A DNA stretch of 64,000 nt from Trypanosoma brucei (Eukaryota), in contig CP000067.1 in assembly GCA_000002445.1 (NCBI GenBank), forward strand, positions 768,001 through 832,000. Direction: 5' to 3'. Position 1 is the stretch's first letter; each line of letters begins with the position of its first letter. The position numbers and the translations under genes are program-made. The notes beneath the pieces are model-generated. The model ran no database searches, was not told the DNA's origin, and was given only the letters and a program-made list of their open reading frames with translations. Below are positions 61,752 to 64,000 of this stretch, piece by piece.

Positions 61752-64000
61752 ATGAAACAAGGTAACGGGGCCACACACTCCATTCCCCACAATGTGCCCT
61801 TCCGACGCATTGTTATTCTTTCTGACTATGGATCACCTTGGCTCAACGCGGTAACGGCCGTAACATGCGCAACGCTGCCATGTCTTTCGGCACTCTCCAA
61901 TGGGTGGTGTGAGAAGCGTGGAAACGTTGTTGTTGCCAGTAAACTGGATAGCCCGCGCGTCCTCATTCCGGCCGAGGCAGGTGTTGCACCGGACGGCACC
62001 TCGTGCTCGTCACTTTCCTCGTTATCTGCAGTGTGTCGGGATTTAGCTGACGGCCGTAACATTGCCAGTCGTATCTTTTTTACCGCGGATGCGGCCAGCA
62101 ATCCGCGAGCGCAGACTTTTGCACCAAGCGTGGAAGATGACTTGTTTGTGTATGTGTCGGCGTGGAGTGGTGAAAAGGACGCCGCCCATCTTGCTCTTCG
62201 TTCCCTTTCCAACATGTTTGGTGCCACCAGCTTCGGCATTGGCGCATCGGGTGTCCTCACAGGACCGTGTGGCGTTCCTCGGCTTATTATTCTGGCAGAC
62301 GAATCCACACGAAACTCAGTCTGCGAAACTGCTCGGCATCTCAGCAATTGGTGCGTCCTCTCGTGCATTGTGCCAAGTTTCGCTCCCCCGGCCTTCAACC
62401 ACCAGCTTGCTGCTTCGGTCGTGCGGGAATGCGATGTCGTATGCGGGGTTCTGGAGTGTGTTGCGCTCGGCGTGGCTCTGGGAACGGTAAAGCGACTTCC
62501 GTTCGGTTTTATGGACCCCGTATGTGTTATGCCCCTTGATGCTGCTATCAGTACTGCTCTGATTGCATTCCTGCAGCGTTTGAAAGGGGGTCCTGCAGCA
62601 GTCTGTGGGGGTACGAGCGCCACTATTATTATAGGCTCTCCCAGTGACAGCGCTTTCGTGTGGGGCATGTTTGCTCAATACCTGATGGATTATTATGGTC
62701 GTGTGGGTCTTCTCGCACTGAAGGAATCCCAGTTACGTTGGCTGTTTGATACCTCGCCAGCGCTGCAGCTGAATGCAGACTTTATGAATTGGGTGAACTA
62801 TGGCACATCGACAATGATGCCTTTTCGGTGCTACTATGATAATGCCGCGGCGCGGCGCCGGAAGCAGTTGATGGAGCACTATCCCCATTCAAATGTAGCT
62901 AGGAAGGTTTGTGGGACATTAACGAACATTGACACGCGCATCCACAATATGGTAAAGTTGACTCAACACTCTGAGCCAACAGGGCAACATGATGGCGAGC
63001 GGGTGAACAAGCAGGGGAAGCCCAACACGGCGGGGTTTTACAGTGACTTGCTTCGGGCTGTAGAACAAGATGCCGCGTTACGGCCTCTCTACCCGTACAT
63101 CTCGTTGAGTTGCATAAGGTGGGATGTTTTTGTGAAGGTTATTGCCCAATCCGTGCTGGAGCATGCGGCACGCCAGATCGCAGGGCATCCAACTGTGGTC
63201 CCTCCGCCTCTTCCTTTGTATCATAACGACATCATATTTTACGGCCCGCAGCGGGCTCCGCGGAACTGTCTCCTCACTCGATTCTTCCCAGAAAGCGTTC
63301 GGTGGGCACAGCGCTCAGGTTTACGGCCGAACGGGGTGCTTGTAGCGGCAGAACCCGGGCTCACAGAAGAGTCATTGGCGTGTATACTTCAGCGCCCAAG
63401 TATAATTCAGGTGGTTAAGAAAACTGCAAAAGCAGAGGGCGTAACGGAGGAAGATGTCTTGAGGCGGGCGACAGCAATCTTGCGCGGTATGGGTGATAAT
63501 CTGAATCAGCTCAATGTCCGCGTCTTCGGCCTTATGGTGCGGAAGGCGCTGTTCAGGCTCTTCGACAGAGTGAGCCTGAACGCCTCCGCCTTCGAACGGC
63601 TCCATGCTGCAACTACGCAACCGAGGACCCATGTCATGTTGCTACCAGCACACAGGTCATATATAGATTTCATCATAATGACCTATTTGCTCCTGGTGAT
63701 GGGTCTGACCCTACCGCACGTATGTGCAGGTGATGATTTCCTTCGAATGGGCCAGATAACTAAATTGATGCGTGGTAGCGGCGCCTTTTTCATACGGCGG
63801 ACATTCCGCGACGATCCCCTGTACACTGCACTCTTCAAAGAGTACATTCACAACCTTGTCCTTCGAAAGCAAATGATCGAATTCTTCATTGAAGGAACTC
63901 GAAGCCGCACGGGCAAAACGCAACGCCCCATGCTCGGGGTCCTAAAGTTCATTGCCGACACCTTGGTTAACGCACAAGAGGCTATCGATGACGTTTGCAT
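61752..64000 (+). CDS. GPAT/DHAPAT-family acyltransferase (dihydroxyacetone-phosphate / glycerol-3-phosphate acyltransferase) with a long N-terminal extension; 3'-partial, continuing beyond the window
   Basis: The plus frame is open from ATG 61752 to the window end, which I checked codon by codon by eye. It is absent from the ORF track, presumably because no stop occurs in the window. Acyltransferase motifs near the window end: motif I HRSYIDFII (HxxxxD), motif II GAFFIRRTF (FxxR), motif III FFIEGTRSRTGK (FxEGTRS), motif IV PMLGVLKF. The minus-strand ORF 61826..62668 overlaps it and is judged spurious. Confidence 0.8.
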   Translation, partial: MKQGNGATHSIPHNVPFRRIVILSDYGSPWLNAVTAVTCATLPCLSALSNGWCEKRGNVVVASKLDSPRVLIPAEAGVAPDGTSCSSLSSLSAVCRDLADGRNIASRIFFTADAASNPRAQTFAPSVEDDLFVYVSAWSGEKDAAHLALRSLSNMFGATSFGIGASGVLTGPCGVPRLIILADESTRNSVCETARHLSNWCVLSCIVPSFAPPAFNHQLAASVVRECDVVCGVLECVALGVALGTVKRLPFGFMDPVCVMPLDAAISTALIAFLQRLKGGPAAVCGGTSATIIIGSPSDSAFVWGMFAQYLMDYYGRVGLLALKESQLRWLFDTSPALQLNADFMNWVNYGTSTMMPFRCYYDNAAARRRKQLMEHYPHSNVARKVCGTLTNIDTRIHNMVKLTQHSEPTGQHDGERVNKQGKPNTAGFYSDLLRAVEQDAALRPLYPYISLSCIRWDVFVKVIAQSVLEHAARQIAGHPTVVPPPLPLYHNDIIFYGPQRAPRNCLLTRFFPESVRWAQRSGLRPNGVLVAAEPGLTEESLACILQRPSIIQVVKKTAKAEGVTEEDVLRRATAILRGMGDNLNQLNVRVFGLMVRKALFRLFDRVSLNASAFERLHAATTQPRTHVMLLPAHRSYIDFIIMTYLLLVMGLTLPHVCAGDDFLRMGQITKLMRGSGAFFIRRTFRDDPLYTALFKEYIHNLVLRKQMIEFFIEGTRSRTGKTQRPMLGVLKFIADTLVNAQEAIDDVC

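Noticed and set aside
61826-62668. 280-aa minus-strand ORF, the longest minus-strand ORF in the window
   Set aside because: It lies entirely antisense to the open plus-strand acyltransferase gene (61752 to the window end). It sits in GC-rich coding sequence where antisense frames are often open by chance, and no other gene in the window is on the minus strand. There is no polypyrimidine/AG signal on that strand.
1-64000. tRNA / snRNA / SL RNA / 5S genes
   Set aside because: I scanned intergenic regions for T-loop (GGTTCGAATCC / GTTCAAATC) and D-loop (AGTGGTAGAGC) signatures and for SL, U2 and U6 sequences. I found only chance partial matches (for example 46072-46086 gcgttcgattcgcat and 56055-56070 tggtagaggaatg) with no cloverleaf context. 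C/D or H/ACA snoRNAs cannot be excluded by eye.
1-64000. prokaryote-style 'system' (defense island, operon, CRISPR, integron, phage)
   Set aside because: The sequence is eukaryotic: unidirectional intron-less genes with trans-splicing signals, no Shine-Dalgarno or operon spacing, and no repeat-spacer arrays. Gene adjacency in a kinetoplastid transcription unit does not imply shared function, so no multi-gene system is proposed.

Overview
The window reads as a single, uninterrupted plus-strand polycistronic transcription unit from a kinetoplastid nuclear genome, most consistent with an African trypanosome (Trypanosoma brucei group). The evidence is long intron-less ORFs all on one strand, polypyrimidine tracts followed by AG ahead of almost every ORF (SL trans-splice acceptor architecture), abundant (TA)n/(TG)n/(GA)n microsatellites in intergenic DNA, and no plausible minus-strand genes. 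I count 26 plus-strand protein-coding genes, the last running off the 3' end. The ORF-track starts are often GTG/TTG; I re-anchored each gene to the first in-frame ATG downstream of the splice-acceptor-like tract.

Genes recognised directly from motifs:
- a family-A DNA polymerase (Pol I / Pol theta-like, exonuclease-dead)
- a J-domain protein
- a protein with two degenerate class-III nucleotidyl-cyclase homology domains
- a DEAH/RHA (DHX9-like) RNA helicase with two N-terminal dsRBD-like domains and a presequence-like N-terminus
- a DUF167/YggU protein
- an ESAG8-type leucine-rich-repeat protein
- a DUS4-like tRNA-dihydrouridine synthase
- SPEF1/CLAMP (CH-domain microtubule protein)
- SBDS with a low-complexity C-terminal extension
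- a GPAT/DHAPAT-family acyltransferase (motifs I-IV) with a very long N-terminal extension, 3'-truncated by the window
- an Sfi1-like W-repeat protein
- a 148-aa arginine-rich protein whose N-terminus resembles the UAP56-binding motif of ALY/REF-type export adaptors

The remaining genes are hypothetical. I found no tRNA, rRNA, SL-RNA or snRNA by eye, and no CRISPR or mobile element. From memory only (not computed), the SPEF1 / SBDS / DHAPAT / POLIA-like neighbourhood fits T. brucei chromosome 4. This is not a prokaryotic island, so there is no operon-like or defense 'system'. The most interesting candidates are the UBM-like Arg-rich protein, the tandem pseudo-cyclase protein, and a 4.4-kb ORF-free tract (37.6-42.1 kb).
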